Assembly (NCBI GenBank): GCA_965248535.1
Contig: CBDFJR010000002.1
Span: 1,152,001-1,216,000 of the forward strand
DNA length: 64,000 bases
Reading direction: 5' to 3'
Source: Phormidesmis sp.
Lineage (GTDB): Bacteria; Cyanobacteriota; Cyanobacteriia; Leptolyngbyales; Leptolyngbyaceae
Numbering within the stretch: position 1 is the stretch's first letter; each line of letters begins with the position of its first letter. Under the pieces are notes generated by a model. That model ran no database searches. It saw only the letters and a list, made by a program, of their open reading frames with translations, and had not been told where the DNA came from. A program made the position numbers and the translations under genes. Below, piece after piece: positions 9,081-20,029 of the stretch.

Positions 9081-10109
9081 ATGCCGTTGAAACTCTTTGC
9101 CTGTGCTGCACTGCGCTACCCCATTTTGACCAGAGTTCTTCTGATCACTAGCATCTTATTGGCTGCACTGCCAGCTTGGGCGCGTCCGGCAGTGCTAACC
9201 GCGAGTCTTGCCACCAGCCCGATCAACGTGCGAGTGAGTCCTTCTAGCCAGTCGAGTCTGGTCTATTCTGGCTATGCGGGCGATCGGGTAGATGTGCTTA
9301 AACAGACCCAAGCCGCTGATGGTCACACCTGGGATTATGTGACGTTTGATCACTTTGGAGCAAAGGGTTGGGTGAGAAGTGATTTGGTTAGCCCGATCGC
9401 CAGTGCTCCGTCATCGTCACCCGTGAAAAGTCCGGTCGTCTTAGGGCCACCTGAACCGACTGGGGTAATTTCTAACCCTCCCTCAGTTCAGCGTCCTCAA
9501 CAGGAAGTCACGTCAGAGCAAATCAGCTATTTTCTAGAAATCGCGTTGGGGGCAGAGTTTTCTCAGGCGGGCGGCGTTCCGGTGATCCACAAATGGCAAG
9601 GAGACGTGACCATTCAACCGTTGGGGTCGCCCACGCCTGAAGATTTGACCACGCTGAAGTCTGTGATTAGCGAGGTCAACGACTTGACCAAGGGTGAGAT
9701 TCATTTACAGTTGGTTGACCATAACCCGACTATCACAATCCATTTTTCACCTGAATCGCAGTTTAGCCAGATCGAGCCAAACTATCGATCGGGCAACTAT
9801 GGCTATTTTTGGACTCAGTGGGACGAACATAACCAGATTCGCAGCGCCAACATTTTGATCACCACCACAAAAGTCACTCAAAAAGAGCGATCGCACCTGA
9901 TTCGAGAAGAACTCACCCAATCTCTAGGGCTGATGAAAGACTCGTTTAAGTATGCTGACAGCGTGTTTTATCAACCGTGGACTAGTGTGACGCAATATTC
10001 AGCGATCGACCGATCTCTGATCAAACTCCTCTATGATCCCCAAATTTCGCCGGGCATGACTCAAGCGCAGGTCAAAAATGTGCTGACCATCCGTCAGGCT
10101 CACTATTAG
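9081..10109 (+). CDS. Exported SH3b plus DUF2927 (zincin-like) protein
   Basis: Signal peptide (PAWA), INVRVSP...GWVRSD SH3 pattern, Pro/Ser linker, RSHLIREELTQSLGL motif. Confidence 0.75.
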   Translation: MPLKLFACAALRYPILTRVLLITSILLAALPAWARPAVLTASLATSPINVRVSPSSQSSLVYSGYAGDRVDVLKQTQAADGHTWDYVTFDHFGAKGWVRSDLVSPIASAPSSSPVKSPVVLGPPEPTGVISNPPSVQRPQQEVTSEQISYFLEIALGAEFSQAGGVPVIHKWQGDVTIQPLGSPTPEDLTTLKSVISEVNDLTKGEIHLQLVDHNPTITIHFSPESQFSQIEPNYRSGNYGYFWTQWDEHNQIRSANILITTTKVTQKERSHLIREELTQSLGLMKDSFKYADSVFYQPWTSVTQYSAIDRSLIKLLYDPQISPGMTQAQVKNVLTIRQAHY

Positions 10110-10291
10110 TCCGCCAAACTAACTCCGAGGAGTCATATCGAACTCCTTACCAAGATTTCGCTTGCAGGGGGTTTGGGGAAGGCAACCGTCCCCCAATGGG
10201 GTTTTGGGGGCACGTCCCCAAGGGTCGGCAGCCCAAGACCATCGCTTCATCGCCAAAGATCTGGACTAGTCAAAGTTAAGTTGGTGAACTA
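10107..10291. mobile_element. Putative 185-bp MITE with TA ends (IS630-like)
   Basis: Imperfect TIRs TAGTCCGCCAAACTAACT vs TAGTTCACCAACTTAACT (14/18); internal G/C hairpins (TTGGGG...CCCCAA); no transposase. Confidence 0.6.
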
Positions 10292-10315
10292 CCAGCCATC
10301 AACGCTAAATGCCGA

Positions 10316-10353
10316 AAAGAAATCAGGGGGAGCCAGAACTCCCCGGTTGCTTT
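10316..10353 (-). terminator. Probable rho-independent terminator of pdhA
   Basis: Minus strand GGGGAG-ttctgg-CTCCCC followed by a T-rich tail just after the stop. Confidence 0.5.
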
Positions 10354-10358
10354 CGAGC

Positions 10359-11390
10359 TTAATCTTCAGCAAAGATATATTTATACAAATCGGCTGGGTC
10401 GGGTTCGGGGCTGCCTAGGGCAAACTCAACCGCCTCATCAATCTCAGCCTGAATTTCTTTCTCGATATCCTTGAGGGTTTGTTGGTCTGCCAGATTTTGC
10501 TCTAGCAGATAAGCCGCAAACTTTTTGATCGGGTCACGAGCCAGCCAGGCCTCTTTTTCGTCTTTCGATCGTAGCTCGTCGGGGTCTGCCAGCGAGTGAC
10601 CTCTAAAGCGATAGGTCAGACACTCAATCAGCGTTGGGCCGTCTCCTGCACGGGCACGAGCTACGGCTTCTTGGGCGATCGCTCTCACAGCCAGCACATC
10701 CATGCCATCCACTTCATAGCCTGGCATCCCAAACACGCTGGCTTTTTTATAGATTTCTTGCTGAGAGGTGGCGCGCTCGTGGGCCATGCCGATCGCCCAT
10801 TTGTTATTTTCAACCACAAACAAAATCGGCAGCTTCCACAGGGCCGCCATGTTGAGACACTCAAAAAACTGGCCGTTGTTGGTGGTGCCGTCGCCAAAGA
10901 ACGCCGCCGTGACCTGATCAAAGCTTGCATCGCCCAAGGCTTCGCGACGATATTTTGACTGAAACGCGGCACCCAACGCGACCGGAATGCCTTCTCCAAT
11001 AAAGGCAAAACCACCCAATAGCTTGTGCTCTGCTGAAAATAAGTGCATTGAGCCACCGCGCCCCTGGCTGCAACCTGTGGCTTTGCCAAATAACTCTGCC
11101 ATCACGTTGCGGGCCGGAACGCCAGCGCTAAGAGCATGAACGTGATCGCGGTAAGTGCTGCAAACATAGTCTTGACCGGGACGCATCGCCTGAATCACCC
11201 CGGTGGAAACGGCTTCTTGCCCGTTGTAGAGGTGAACAAAGCCAAACATTTTGCCTCGATAATACATCTCGGCGCACTTGTCTTCAAAAAAGCGACCTAA
11301 GATCATGTCCCTATAAAGGATCAGCCCTTCTGGTTGGGTGATTTGGGCAGACATTGATTGAATTGTTGGAAACGTTCTTTCCTGTACCAT
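10359..11390 (-). CDS. pdhA: Pyruvate dehydrogenase E1 alpha subunit
   Basis: [25 protein letters not shown] motif, [12 protein letters not shown]. Confidence 0.98.
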   Translation of the reverse strand: MVQERTFPTIQSMSAQITQPEGLILYRDMILGRFFEDKCAEMYYRGKMFGFVHLYNGQEAVSTGVIQAMRPGQDYVCSTYRDHVHALSAGVPARNVMAELFGKATGCSQGRGGSMHLFSAEHKLLGGFAFIGEGIPVALGAAFQSKYRREALGDASFDQVTAAFFGDGTTNNGQFFECLNMAALWKLPILFVVENNKWAIGMAHERATSQQEIYKKASVFGMPGYEVDGMDVLAVRAIAQEAVARARAGDGPTLIECLTYRFRGHSLADPDELRSKDEKEAWLARDPIKKFAAYLLEQNLADQQTLKDIEKEIQAEIDEAVEFALGSPEPDPADLYKYIFAED

Positions 11391-11835
11391 GCGCTTTTAG
11401 ATCCTTCGCTGCAATACCCAAACTGGACAATGACCCGAACCCTGATGGTTGCGATCGCCAAGCAAATGCTTTTAAAATCGGTCTGATAAACCCTCTTTGC
11501 CAGCGCTCTCTGTCAAACGCTAAAAATCACTTCACGATCGAGGGCACTACAGAGTTCAACAACAATAATTTAGTCTAAAATACCGTTCTGATGGGTTAAA
11601 GATCAAATTATAAAGGGTCGAACCTGCTAACAGAGACTTGCAAAACTCAAGAATCTATTTTTTCATGAAGTGATGAGGCTTTCATGACTGTTGAGAAATA
11701 GCTGCGGAAAACACTGAACGCTGAGTTTTTCTTGAGGGGACTGCCGACTTTGCATCTACAGGGTATGATGGCACTCAACCGATTAGTGTCCGGGTTCTCG
11801 TCATTTATTATTGCTCACTGCTGGGGAAGTCAACC

Positions 11836-14035
11836 GTGCGTATTCCGCTCGATTATTATCGGATTCTGGGTTTACCCATCCAGGCGACTGCCGACCAACT
11901 AAAGCAGGCGCATCGCGATCGCACCCTGCAACTCCCTCGCCGTGAATATTCTGAAGCAGCGATCGCGGCGCGTCGTCAGTTGCTTGATGAAGCCTACGGA
12001 GTGCTGTCAAAAATAGATCATCGCCAAAGCTATGATGCCAGCTTTTTGGCCAGCCCCTACGAGTCCGATCGCAGCCAGATAGACTTGGTGCAGCCTGATG
12101 CAGATCGTGCCCCCAGACCCCCGATCGCCCAGCATTGAGATCCATGACAAACAACTGATCGGGGCGCTGCTGATTTTGCAGGAGCTAGGCGAATATGAAC
12201 TAGTTTTGAGATTAGGTCGCCCCTATCTCAGCAGTGGCAACGCCAACTTAAAAGACGGTCGCTTTGGTGATCCCAGAATTGTGCTGTCTGATATTGTCTT
12301 GACAGTGGCATTATCCTGTCTTGAGCTAGGTCGCGAGCAGTGGCAGCAGGGGCAATATGAAAACGCAGCCGAAGCGTTAGAAACCGGGCAAGAGCTTTTG
12401 CTGAGAGAAGGGCTATTTACCAGCGTTCGAGGTGAGATTCAGTCCGATCTCTATAAGCTGCGCCCCTACCGAATTTTAGAACTCCTCGCCTTGCCTGATG
12501 ACACCTCGATCGAGCGGCGCAACGGGATGAAACTGCTGCGCGATATGCTGCGAGAGCGCGGCGGCATTGATGGCTCAGGCAATGATCAGTCTGGGTTAAG
12601 CATTGATGACTTTTTGCGGTTCATTCAGCAGTTGCGCGGCTATCTCACCGCCGAAGAGCAGCAGACCTTATTTGAAGAAGAGGCGCGTCGCCCGTCAGCA
12701 GTGGCCACCTATTTGGCGGTTTATGCCCTGATGGCACGAGGCTTTGCAGAGCAGCAGCCCGCGCTGATTCGCCGGGCAAAACTGATGCTGATGCGCTTGG
12801 GCAGTCGGCAAGATGTGCATCTAGAACAGGCTGTCTGTGCACTGCTTTTAGGGCAAACCGAAGAAGCCAGCCGGGCCCTAGACCTCAGTCAAGAATATGA
12901 ACCGCTCGTGTTTATTCGCGAAAATTCTCAAGGGGCACCCGATTTATTGCCAGGGCTATGTCTATATGCCGAGCGCTGGCTGCAAGATGAAGTGTTTCCG
13001 CACTTCCGGGACTTGTCAAAACAGCGCGTCTCGCTCAAAGACTACTTTGCTAACGAGCAGGTGCAAGAATATCTCGAAGAGTTGCCCGCCGAGTCTGAGT
13101 CAGCAGAGTGGACGGCTCAACAGCACTGGAACCGACGCAAAGCCGTTTCTCAAACGATCGCGCCTCAGCCTTCTAACCTCACCCCTTCTAATGGGCGAAC
13201 CATCCGATCGGCTCAGGTTCACGAAATGGATGCCGATCGCTCGTCTCGCGCTGCCACGGCCACGCTGACCGGAGCCGCCGCCAGCGTCGCAACCCTGCCT
13301 GATGCTCAGGAAATAGCCAATCTCTCGCCCGAAGGAGGCTTAGACGCTTCGGGTCAACGCGGGCGATCGGGCGGCGATCGCCCGCGCAGAAATCTCGACA
13401 ATGGGCATCGCGTCCCAGACGCAGACGATTTGCCGCCTCGTCGCAGTGAAGGGCAGCCTGCAAAAGTCAAGCGCCGCCGGGGCTTGCCGCTACCGCTGAT
13501 GCTGTTGGGAATTTTTGCGGTAGGGGCAGTGGGCTTTTTGCTGTTTCGATCGCTGAAGTTTCTGGCGGCTAAATCCACTGACGATCAGCTATTGGTGCAG
13601 CTTGACCAGCCTGTGATCCCGATTCCTGTGCAAACTGCCGCGTCTCCGCTCTCTGGCGAGATGAACCAGGCAATGGCCCAACGAGTTTTAGAGCTTTGGC
13701 TAGATGCCAAGAAAGACGCAATGGGGCAATCTCACACGGTTGAAAAACTGACTCAAGTTTTAGCAGAACCCAAACTGGCTGAGTGGCGCAAAAACGCTGA
13801 AGACGCAAAGCGAGAAAACTGGCACAAACAATATGAGCACACCGTCAAAGTAGAGGCGGTTGAGGCTAGCCCGGCCAACCCCGGCCGAGCAACGGCGACT
13901 GCTACGATCGCTGAAGTGACCAAATATTACGAAGGCGAACAACTCGCCGACACCAAAACCGACAATCTGCAAGTCCGCTATTCACTGGTGCTGCTAGACA
14001 ATCAGTGGCGCATTAAAGACTGGCAAGTCTTATAG
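11836..14035 (+). pseudogene. ftn2: Cell division protein Ftn2/ZipN (ARC6 homologue; J-like N-domain, TM, IMS domain), split by a +1 frameshift; possibly a sequencing artefact
   Basis: ORF 11836-12138 (MRIPLDYYRILG) and ORF 12098-14035 (GALLILQELGE, LRPYRILELL, DLLPGLCLY, YEH...WRI). Removing one C from a C5 run at 12110-12114 or 12118-12122 fuses them. Confidence 0.88.
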
Positions 14036-14168
14036 TGTTGAGTCCGTAACGTCAACGTTAATCAATTCATCACGATTTCTTGCAGTGGATTGAGCAAAGA
14101 AAATCTAAAATCAGAAAGTAACGATTCTAGGGGCATCTCTGGGGAGATCTTCCCCTGGGTGATTTGGC

Positions 14169-15155
14169 ATGATCGAAACTCTGCTCCACGCCTACACGCC
14201 TCTGATTCTTTGGACGGGCCTAGGGATTCTATCTTTTCGATTTGTGCCGCAAACGCTCCCTCGCCTGATGGGTCGCACTCTATATTGGGTTGGCGTTCCC
14301 TGGCAGCTTTTTGCGCTGGCGCGGCAAACTGACTTTTCTCACCAAGTGGGGCTGGCTCCGGCTGTGACCCTAGGAACGCTGGGAACTGGACTGCTCCTAG
14401 CCTGGTCGGTGCTGCAACTGCTCGGTTTTTGGCTCAAGCAAGACGGCTTTCAAGAGCATGAAGAGCAGGGAAAACGGTTGCGATCGTGGCTTCCTCCCCT
14501 CGATCGCCCCCATCAAGGCACCTTTGCGATCGCGAGTATGCTCGGCAACACAGGCTTTGTAGGGTTGGGGATCATTCCCTCACTGCTCACCACAGGCGAC
14601 ATGAGTTGGGCGATTTTCTTTAGCGTGACCCAAAACCTCGTCGGCACCTACGGCATTGGGGTGTTAATCGCCAGTTATTATGGGCGGCTAGAACAACCCA
14701 ACCACTGGTGGCTACTCGGTCGTGATGTGCTCCTAGTGCCATCGCTTTGGGCGTTTACGATCGGCTACTTTACCCAGTCCATTCCCTTTCCTGACGTGGC
14801 AGAAGTCGTGATCGACTCCTCGCTGTTATTTGTGATTCCCGCCGCCTTTTTGCTGATGGGAATGCGCCTGAGCCAGCTTCAGGGCTGGAAAAGTTTGAGA
14901 GTCGCCCTGATTCCAGTGACCCTCAAAATTATGGTGCTGCCAAGTCTGGTCGCCTTGGGAACCACCTTTTTAGGACTCTCTGGTGATCCTCGCTTGTCTC
15001 TTGTCTTAATGGCAGGAATGCCCAGCGCCTTTGCCAGTCTGATTTTGGCCGAAGAATATAACCTCGATCGCGACCTAGCTTCTAGCAGCATTGCCTTAAG
15101 CACAATCGGACTGTTGCTCGTGATCCCGCTCTGGCTATTCCTTTTGGGGGGTTAA
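14169..15155 (+). CDS. AEC (auxin efflux carrier) family transporter
   Basis: About 10 TM segments, GNTGFVG and AGMPSA motifs. Confidence 0.88.
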   Translation: MIETLLHAYTPLILWTGLGILSFRFVPQTLPRLMGRTLYWVGVPWQLFALARQTDFSHQVGLAPAVTLGTLGTGLLLAWSVLQLLGFWLKQDGFQEHEEQGKRLRSWLPPLDRPHQGTFAIASMLGNTGFVGLGIIPSLLTTGDMSWAIFFSVTQNLVGTYGIGVLIASYYGRLEQPNHWWLLGRDVLLVPSLWAFTIGYFTQSIPFPDVAEVVIDSSLLFVIPAAFLLMGMRLSQLQGWKSLRVALIPVTLKIMVLPSLVALGTTFLGLSGDPRLSLVLMAGMPSAFASLILAEEYNLDRDLASSSIALSTIGLLLVIPLWLFLLGG

Positions 15156-15247
15156 CACGCTTAAAGACAAAAAAAATGTATCAATCCATACTAGGGATGA
15201 GATTAGTGCTAGGATTTACTGGAAAAGAATTTGCCTCCAGCACTCCT

Positions 15248-16039
15248 ATGCCAATCGCGTTAACGGCAGAAGCTAAAAGCGCTCAATCCAGCATGAAGCT
15301 AGGTCGAGTGCTCATTGTTGAAGATGAAGATTTGATTCGAGACACGATCGCGCTGACCCTAAGCGAAGAAGGCTATGAAGTGCTGACCGCAGCCGACGGG
15401 CGCAGCGCTCTAGAAGCCATCCAAAATGCAACGGGCAAAAGCCACCTCTCGTCTTTCTCAAGATTCCCCAATCCGCCAGATTCTATCAAGCTCGATCTGA
15501 TCATTTTAGATCTGATGCTTCCCTACATCAACGGACTCGACCTCTGCCGCCTAGTGCGTCGAGAAGGCAACAGCATTCCCATTCTGATGCTGAGTGCTAA
15601 GGGAACCGAAACCGATCGCGTGGTCGGGCTAGAAGTCGGTGCCGATGACTACTTGACCAAACCCTTTGGAATGCGAGAACTCGTCGCCCGATGCCGGGCC
15701 CTGCTGCGACGGCATCAGCAGTTTCAAACCTCTGGGCAGGCTCCTACCCTCAAGTTTCAAGACATTACCGTCTTTTCTCAAGAGTGTCGCGTCACCGTGC
15801 GTGGAGAGGAAGTTAATTTCTCACCTAAAGAATTTAAACTGCTAGAGCTATTTATGGGCCACACCAAGCGAGTTTGGTCACGCGATCAGCTACTCGAAAA
15901 GATTTGGGGGCCTGATTTTATTGGCGACAGCAAAACCGTCGATGTCCATATCCGATGGCTGCGGGAGAAGTTAGAAATTGACCCCAGCAACCCTGAATAT
16001 TTGGTCACCGTGAGAGGATTTGGCTACCGCTTTGGCTGA
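15248..16039 (+). CDS. sphR: OmpR/PhoB-family response regulator (SphR-like)
   Basis: REC domain (VEDE, LDLMLP, KPF) plus winged helix (TVDVHIRWLREKLE, VRGFGYRFG); upstream of a PhoR-type kinase. Start uncertain (15176-15293). Confidence 0.8.
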   Translation: MPIALTAEAKSAQSSMKLGRVLIVEDEDLIRDTIALTLSEEGYEVLTAADGRSALEAIQNATGKSHLSSFSRFPNPPDSIKLDLIILDLMLPYINGLDLCRLVRREGNSIPILMLSAKGTETDRVVGLEVGADDYLTKPFGMRELVARCRALLRRHQQFQTSGQAPTLKFQDITVFSQECRVTVRGEEVNFSPKEFKLLELFMGHTKRVWSRDQLLEKIWGPDFIGDSKTVDVHIRWLREKLEIDPSNPEYLVTVRGFGYRFG

Positions 16040-16129
16040 AATGCGCGAAAATTGAAAGGTTGAAATTAGAGATTGCAGATCGTCACACATTTCCAGTCTT
16101 TGACTTCTATTTTTCATTCTTTTTTGCCT

Positions 16130-17473
16130 GTGAAACTTCTATGGTTTCTAGCGGGGCTTGCTCTGGGGCTGTTGCCACTGATTTGGTATCGAAATCGTTT
16201 GAGTAGGCAACTCAAGCAGATCACTCAACGTCTGGACTTGCCCGATCGGGGAAATCCCTTTTCTATCTCGTCTCAGTTGACGCTGGCGATCGCCAATTAT
16301 CGGCAAGTCAATCAAGACTTAGAGCGGCAGTCAGAAACCTGGCAGCAAATCGTCAACTGCTCGCCCGTGGGCTATTTGCAGGTAGATGAAGACAATCAAT
16401 TGACGTTGTGCAACCCCCAAGCCTGTCAACTCTTGAGCATTCCTAACTGCACCTCCCTTCAGCCACGACTGCTGTTAGAGTGGGTGCGCTCTTATGAGCT
16501 AGACCTTTTGATTGAGCGAGCCAGAGAAGCCGAAAAGCCCTGTCAACGAGAGTGGATGTTTTATCCCACCTCGGTCGATGCGGCTAATTTGAGCGATCAG
16601 CGCACCACGCCGCTGCGGGGATATGCCTTTCCATTGACCGATGACAATGTGGGGGTGTTTTTAGAAAACCGCCAAGAAGCTCTGACCTTGGTGCAACAGC
16701 GCGATCGCTGGGCCTCAGATGTGGCTCACGAGTTAAAAACCCCCCTCACCTCGATTCGGCTGGTGGCCGAAACGCTGCAATCGCGGCTAGAGCCACCCAC
16801 CCGCAATTGGGTCGATCGCCTGCTCACAGAAGCGATTCGATTGAGCACGCTGGTGCAAGAACTGCTCGATCTCAGTCAGCTAGAGGTCAACCCAGTTCAG
16901 CGACTGCATGTGAAGTCGATTGATCTGATCAAACTGATTCACATTGCCTGGTCAGGTTTAGAGCCGCTCGCCAGTGAAAAAAGCTTAACCCTAGACTATG
17001 AAGGGCCTAGCCACTTGCTCATTCAAGCCGACGAGCCTCGACTACACCGAGTCTTGCTCAACTTATTTGATAACGGGATTAAATACAGTCCTCTCAAAGC
17101 CGGGATCAGAGTCCGGGTGAGCCTGCACCATGATTCATCGCCTCTCTCCGGCAGACCTGCTCAGAGCATCCAGATTGATATTGTGGATGCAGGGCAGGGG
17201 TTTCCAGAAATGGCGCTGCCTCATGTTTTTGAGCGGTTTTATCGGGCTGACCCGTCACGATCGCGGCACCCTGATCCCCAACGAGATTTGGCAAGCGCCA
17301 CTCAACCGATTCAGTTAAGCAGTGGCAGTGGGTTAGGGCTGGCGATCGTCCGGCAAATTATCGAAGCTCATCAAGGCTCCGTTAGCGCAAGTAACGATCC
17401 CAACACAGGAGGAGCCTGGTTACAGATTCGGTTGCCGTGCTCTGAGGTTGAAGATTTGAGCAAAAAGGCCTAG
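16130..17473 (+). CDS. sphS: PhoR-type sensor histidine kinase (SphS-like)
   Basis: N-terminal TM, PAS-like region, DVAHELKTPLT H-box, NLFDNGIKY, FERFYRAD, GSGLGL. Confidence 0.8.
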   Translation: MKLLWFLAGLALGLLPLIWYRNRLSRQLKQITQRLDLPDRGNPFSISSQLTLAIANYRQVNQDLERQSETWQQIVNCSPVGYLQVDEDNQLTLCNPQACQLLSIPNCTSLQPRLLLEWVRSYELDLLIERAREAEKPCQREWMFYPTSVDAANLSDQRTTPLRGYAFPLTDDNVGVFLENRQEALTLVQQRDRWASDVAHELKTPLTSIRLVAETLQSRLEPPTRNWVDRLLTEAIRLSTLVQELLDLSQLEVNPVQRLHVKSIDLIKLIHIAWSGLEPLASEKSLTLDYEGPSHLLIQADEPRLHRVLLNLFDNGIKYSPLKAGIRVRVSLHHDSSPLSGRPAQSIQIDIVDAGQGFPEMALPHVFERFYRADPSRSRHPDPQRDLASATQPIQLSSGSGLGLAIVRQIIEAHQGSVSASNDPNTGGAWLQIRLPCSEVEDLSKKA

Positions 17474-17599
17474 TTTTGTAGTAGCTTGTGCTGAGAGCAG
17501 TTTTGTGTAATAAATGTACACATTAGTATTTATACAGAGGTTTATTCAGCAAAAAACGCCGAGTTCCGCAAATTTAAGGATGTATTGGGCGCATAGGCC

Positions 17600-18391
17600 A
17601 TGCCTGAACGAGTGCAAAAAGTTCTATCTCAGTGGGGGATCGCCTCCCGCCGTCAAGCGGAACAAATGATCCTAGACGGGCGCGTGCGTCTCAACGGCGA
17701 AGTGGCCCACCTGGGGCAAAAAACAAACCCAGCCCTTGACGAAGTGGCAGTAGACGGTAGAATTGTGAAGCCGATTGCCCGCCCTCAACTGCTCTACTTA
17801 TTACTCAATAAGCCTGTGGGCGTTGTTTCTACATGTGATGACCCTCAAAACCGATCAACGGTTTTAGACCTCCTTCCTAAAAAGATTCGTCAGGGTCAGG
17901 GGCTTCACCCCGTAGGGCGCTTAGATGTAGAATCAACCGGAGCACTCCTCTTAACCAATGATGGTGAGATGACCCACTCTCTGACTCACCCTCGCTATCA
18001 CGTTCCTAAAACCTATCAGGTTTGGGTTAAAGGGGTAGCCTCAGAGCAGATGTTAAGGCAGTGGCGGCAGGGAGTTTTGTTAGAAGGTCAGAAAACCCTA
18101 CCCGCTCAAGTTAGAGTGGTTTACCGTGCTGAGGCTAAAACCCTCTTAGAAATCATTCTTCACGAAGGGAGAAATCGACAGATTCGTAAAGTGGCCGATC
18201 AACTGGGGCATCCCGTCCTTCAGCTTCACCGCACCGCGATCGACTCCATTCAACTCAATTCTCCCGGCAAGCCTTTCTTGCCCAGCGGCACTTATCGCCC
18301 CCTAGAAAATTTTGAGATCCAGTGTTTAAAAGACCGAATCGACCTGACACCTATCGGGTCATCAGCAGAGATCCAGGAGCACAGCGGATGA
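17600..18391 (+). CDS. rRNA pseudouridine synthase (RluB/RsuA family, S4 domain)
   Basis: ERVQK..SRR S4 start, NKPVG, VGRLD, EGRNRQIR. Confidence 0.93.
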   Translation: MPERVQKVLSQWGIASRRQAEQMILDGRVRLNGEVAHLGQKTNPALDEVAVDGRIVKPIARPQLLYLLLNKPVGVVSTCDDPQNRSTVLDLLPKKIRQGQGLHPVGRLDVESTGALLLTNDGEMTHSLTHPRYHVPKTYQVWVKGVASEQMLRQWRQGVLLEGQKTLPAQVRVVYRAEAKTLLEIILHEGRNRQIRKVADQLGHPVLQLHRTAIDSIQLNSPGKPFLPSGTYRPLENFEIQCLKDRIDLTPIGSSAEIQEHSG

Positions 18392-19236
18392 ATAAGCAAC
18401 CCCTCCAAAACAACCAAGACCAAGCAAAACGGCTAGCCGAAATGGGATTGCAATTGTGTGAATTGCGACAGCAACAAGGGATCTCTCTAGAACAAATTGC
18501 CAGCCAAACTCGAATTCAGCCACGTCTGTTACGGGCGATCGAGCAGGGCGACCTAAAGGGCTTACCTGAATCGGTTTACATTCAAAGTTTTATTCGACAA
18601 TATGCGGAGGCGATCGGGCTAGATGGGGTCAAATTTGCAAGTACTTTTCCCACCTCCCACTACAGCCTGCCTGATCCCCGTCCGTCTTGGCGGAGTCTAC
18701 CAGGGGCGCAGCTTCGCCCGGTACATCTCTATCTGCTCTACATGCTCTTGATCGTCTCCGCTGTGAATGGGCTATCTTATTTTCTCAATCGCTCTTTGGG
18801 TCAGACCCAGCTAGCCAACGCAGAAATGAAGATGCAGCCGATGGCTCCGGCTCCGATCGGGCCAATCAATCCTCTACAAAACGTGGCAAAGGCAACTCTG
18901 GCTCAAAAACAGCCTGGAAGCCAAAAGGCCGTCAGAGTCGGCGTGATGCTCACTGCCCAGTCTTGGGTGCGCGTGGTAGCAGATGGCAAAACCGAGTTTG
19001 AGGGCGTGCTTTCAGAGGGCACTCAGCGCGCTTGGGCTGCTAACCAGCAGGTGGTTGTCAGGGCTGGCAACGCAGGTGGGGTGATGGTGTCATTTAATGA
19101 TGGACAGTCTAAAAAGCTTGGAGAGCCGGGCGCGATCGAAGAAATGTCGTTTCCGCCTGACCCTCGCTTTGCAACCTTGCCCAATGCAGTTCACGAGATG
19201 GGCGTTGAGTCATTAGCGCGGGCAACATCTCACTAA
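18388..19236 (+). CDS. RodZ-like protein (HTH_25, TM, DUF4115)
   Basis: LRQQQGISLEQIA...LPESVYIQSFIRQYAEAIGLD HTH, single TM, SWVRVVADG...RAGNAGGV; ATGA overlap with upstream gene. Confidence 0.85.
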   Translation: MNKQPLQNNQDQAKRLAEMGLQLCELRQQQGISLEQIASQTRIQPRLLRAIEQGDLKGLPESVYIQSFIRQYAEAIGLDGVKFASTFPTSHYSLPDPRPSWRSLPGAQLRPVHLYLLYMLLIVSAVNGLSYFLNRSLGQTQLANAEMKMQPMAPAPIGPINPLQNVAKATLAQKQPGSQKAVRVGVMLTAQSWVRVVADGKTEFEGVLSEGTQRAWAANQQVVVRAGNAGGVMVSFNDGQSKKLGEPGAIEEMSFPPDPRFATLPNAVHEMGVESLARATSH

Positions 19237-19262
19237 AGCCTGTGGGTTACCAAACTCAACGT

Positions 19263-19943
19263 TTAAGGCGCGATCGATTCCACAAGGGGTGCTGTGCAGT
19301 CTGGCGTGTCGTGCAACGGGCTGTTGACGCTTAGGCTTACGGGGTAAGCCGTCATAGAACTGCCCCCATAAGGGCGCAAAAGTGCCTGAAGTGATGCCGA
19401 GTCGAGAGTTGGATCAAGCCAGCGATCGTAGCTCTCTGCTGTCAAAATCACGGGCATTCGATCGTGCACTTGAGCAACGGTCAGATTAGCCTCAGTGGTC
19501 AAAATGGTGCAAGTCTCCAGTCCGTCTGCTTGTGAGGGGTGCCAGCGCTCCCACAGGCCCGCAAATGCAAAAGGACTACCGTTCTCTAATCGAAAATAAA
19601 AGGGCTGCTTTTTGCCTGGCTGCTTGCGCCACTCATAAAAGCCATCTGCCACAATCAGGCAGCGACGCTGCTTAAAGGCAGATCGAAACGACGGCTTTTC
19701 GGCTACTGTTTCTGACCGGGCGTTGATCAGTTTTGCCCCGATCGCTGCATCCTTTGACCACGAAGGAATCAGACCCCAGCGAAGCGGCTTAACCTGACGA
19801 TCGCCGCTCTCGGTTGCCACGATCGCCAAAACCCTCTGAGTGGGCGCAATATTATAGCGAGGTTGCCAGTCAGGAGCCTCGGTGAGTTGGAAGGTGAGCG
19901 CGATCGCTTCACCGGGTAGACTTTGGCTAAATCTTCCACACAT
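19263..19943 (-). CDS. SOS response-associated peptidase (SRAP/YedK/HMCES, abasic-site protection)
   Basis: MCGRF N-terminus (catalytic Cys2) behind GGAGGT; RYNIAP, INARSE, GFYEW, HDRMPVIL. Confidence 0.93.
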   Translation of the reverse strand: MCGRFSQSLPGEAIALTFQLTEAPDWQPRYNIAPTQRVLAIVATESGDRQVKPLRWGLIPSWSKDAAIGAKLINARSETVAEKPSFRSAFKQRRCLIVADGFYEWRKQPGKKQPFYFRLENGSPFAFAGLWERWHPSQADGLETCTILTTEANLTVAQVHDRMPVILTAESYDRWLDPTLDSASLQALLRPYGGSSMTAYPVSLSVNSPLHDTPDCTAPLVESIAP

Positions 19944-20029
19944 CGCAAAAATAACCTCCAAAAATGGGCAATGGATCATTCTAATCACCCACTGCCCATT
20001 CAACTAAAGGATCTGAGGCTGGTTCCGAG

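Noticed and set aside
15150..15175. Pho box upstream of sphR
   Set aside because: The TTAA half-sites are not at the required 11-bp spacing
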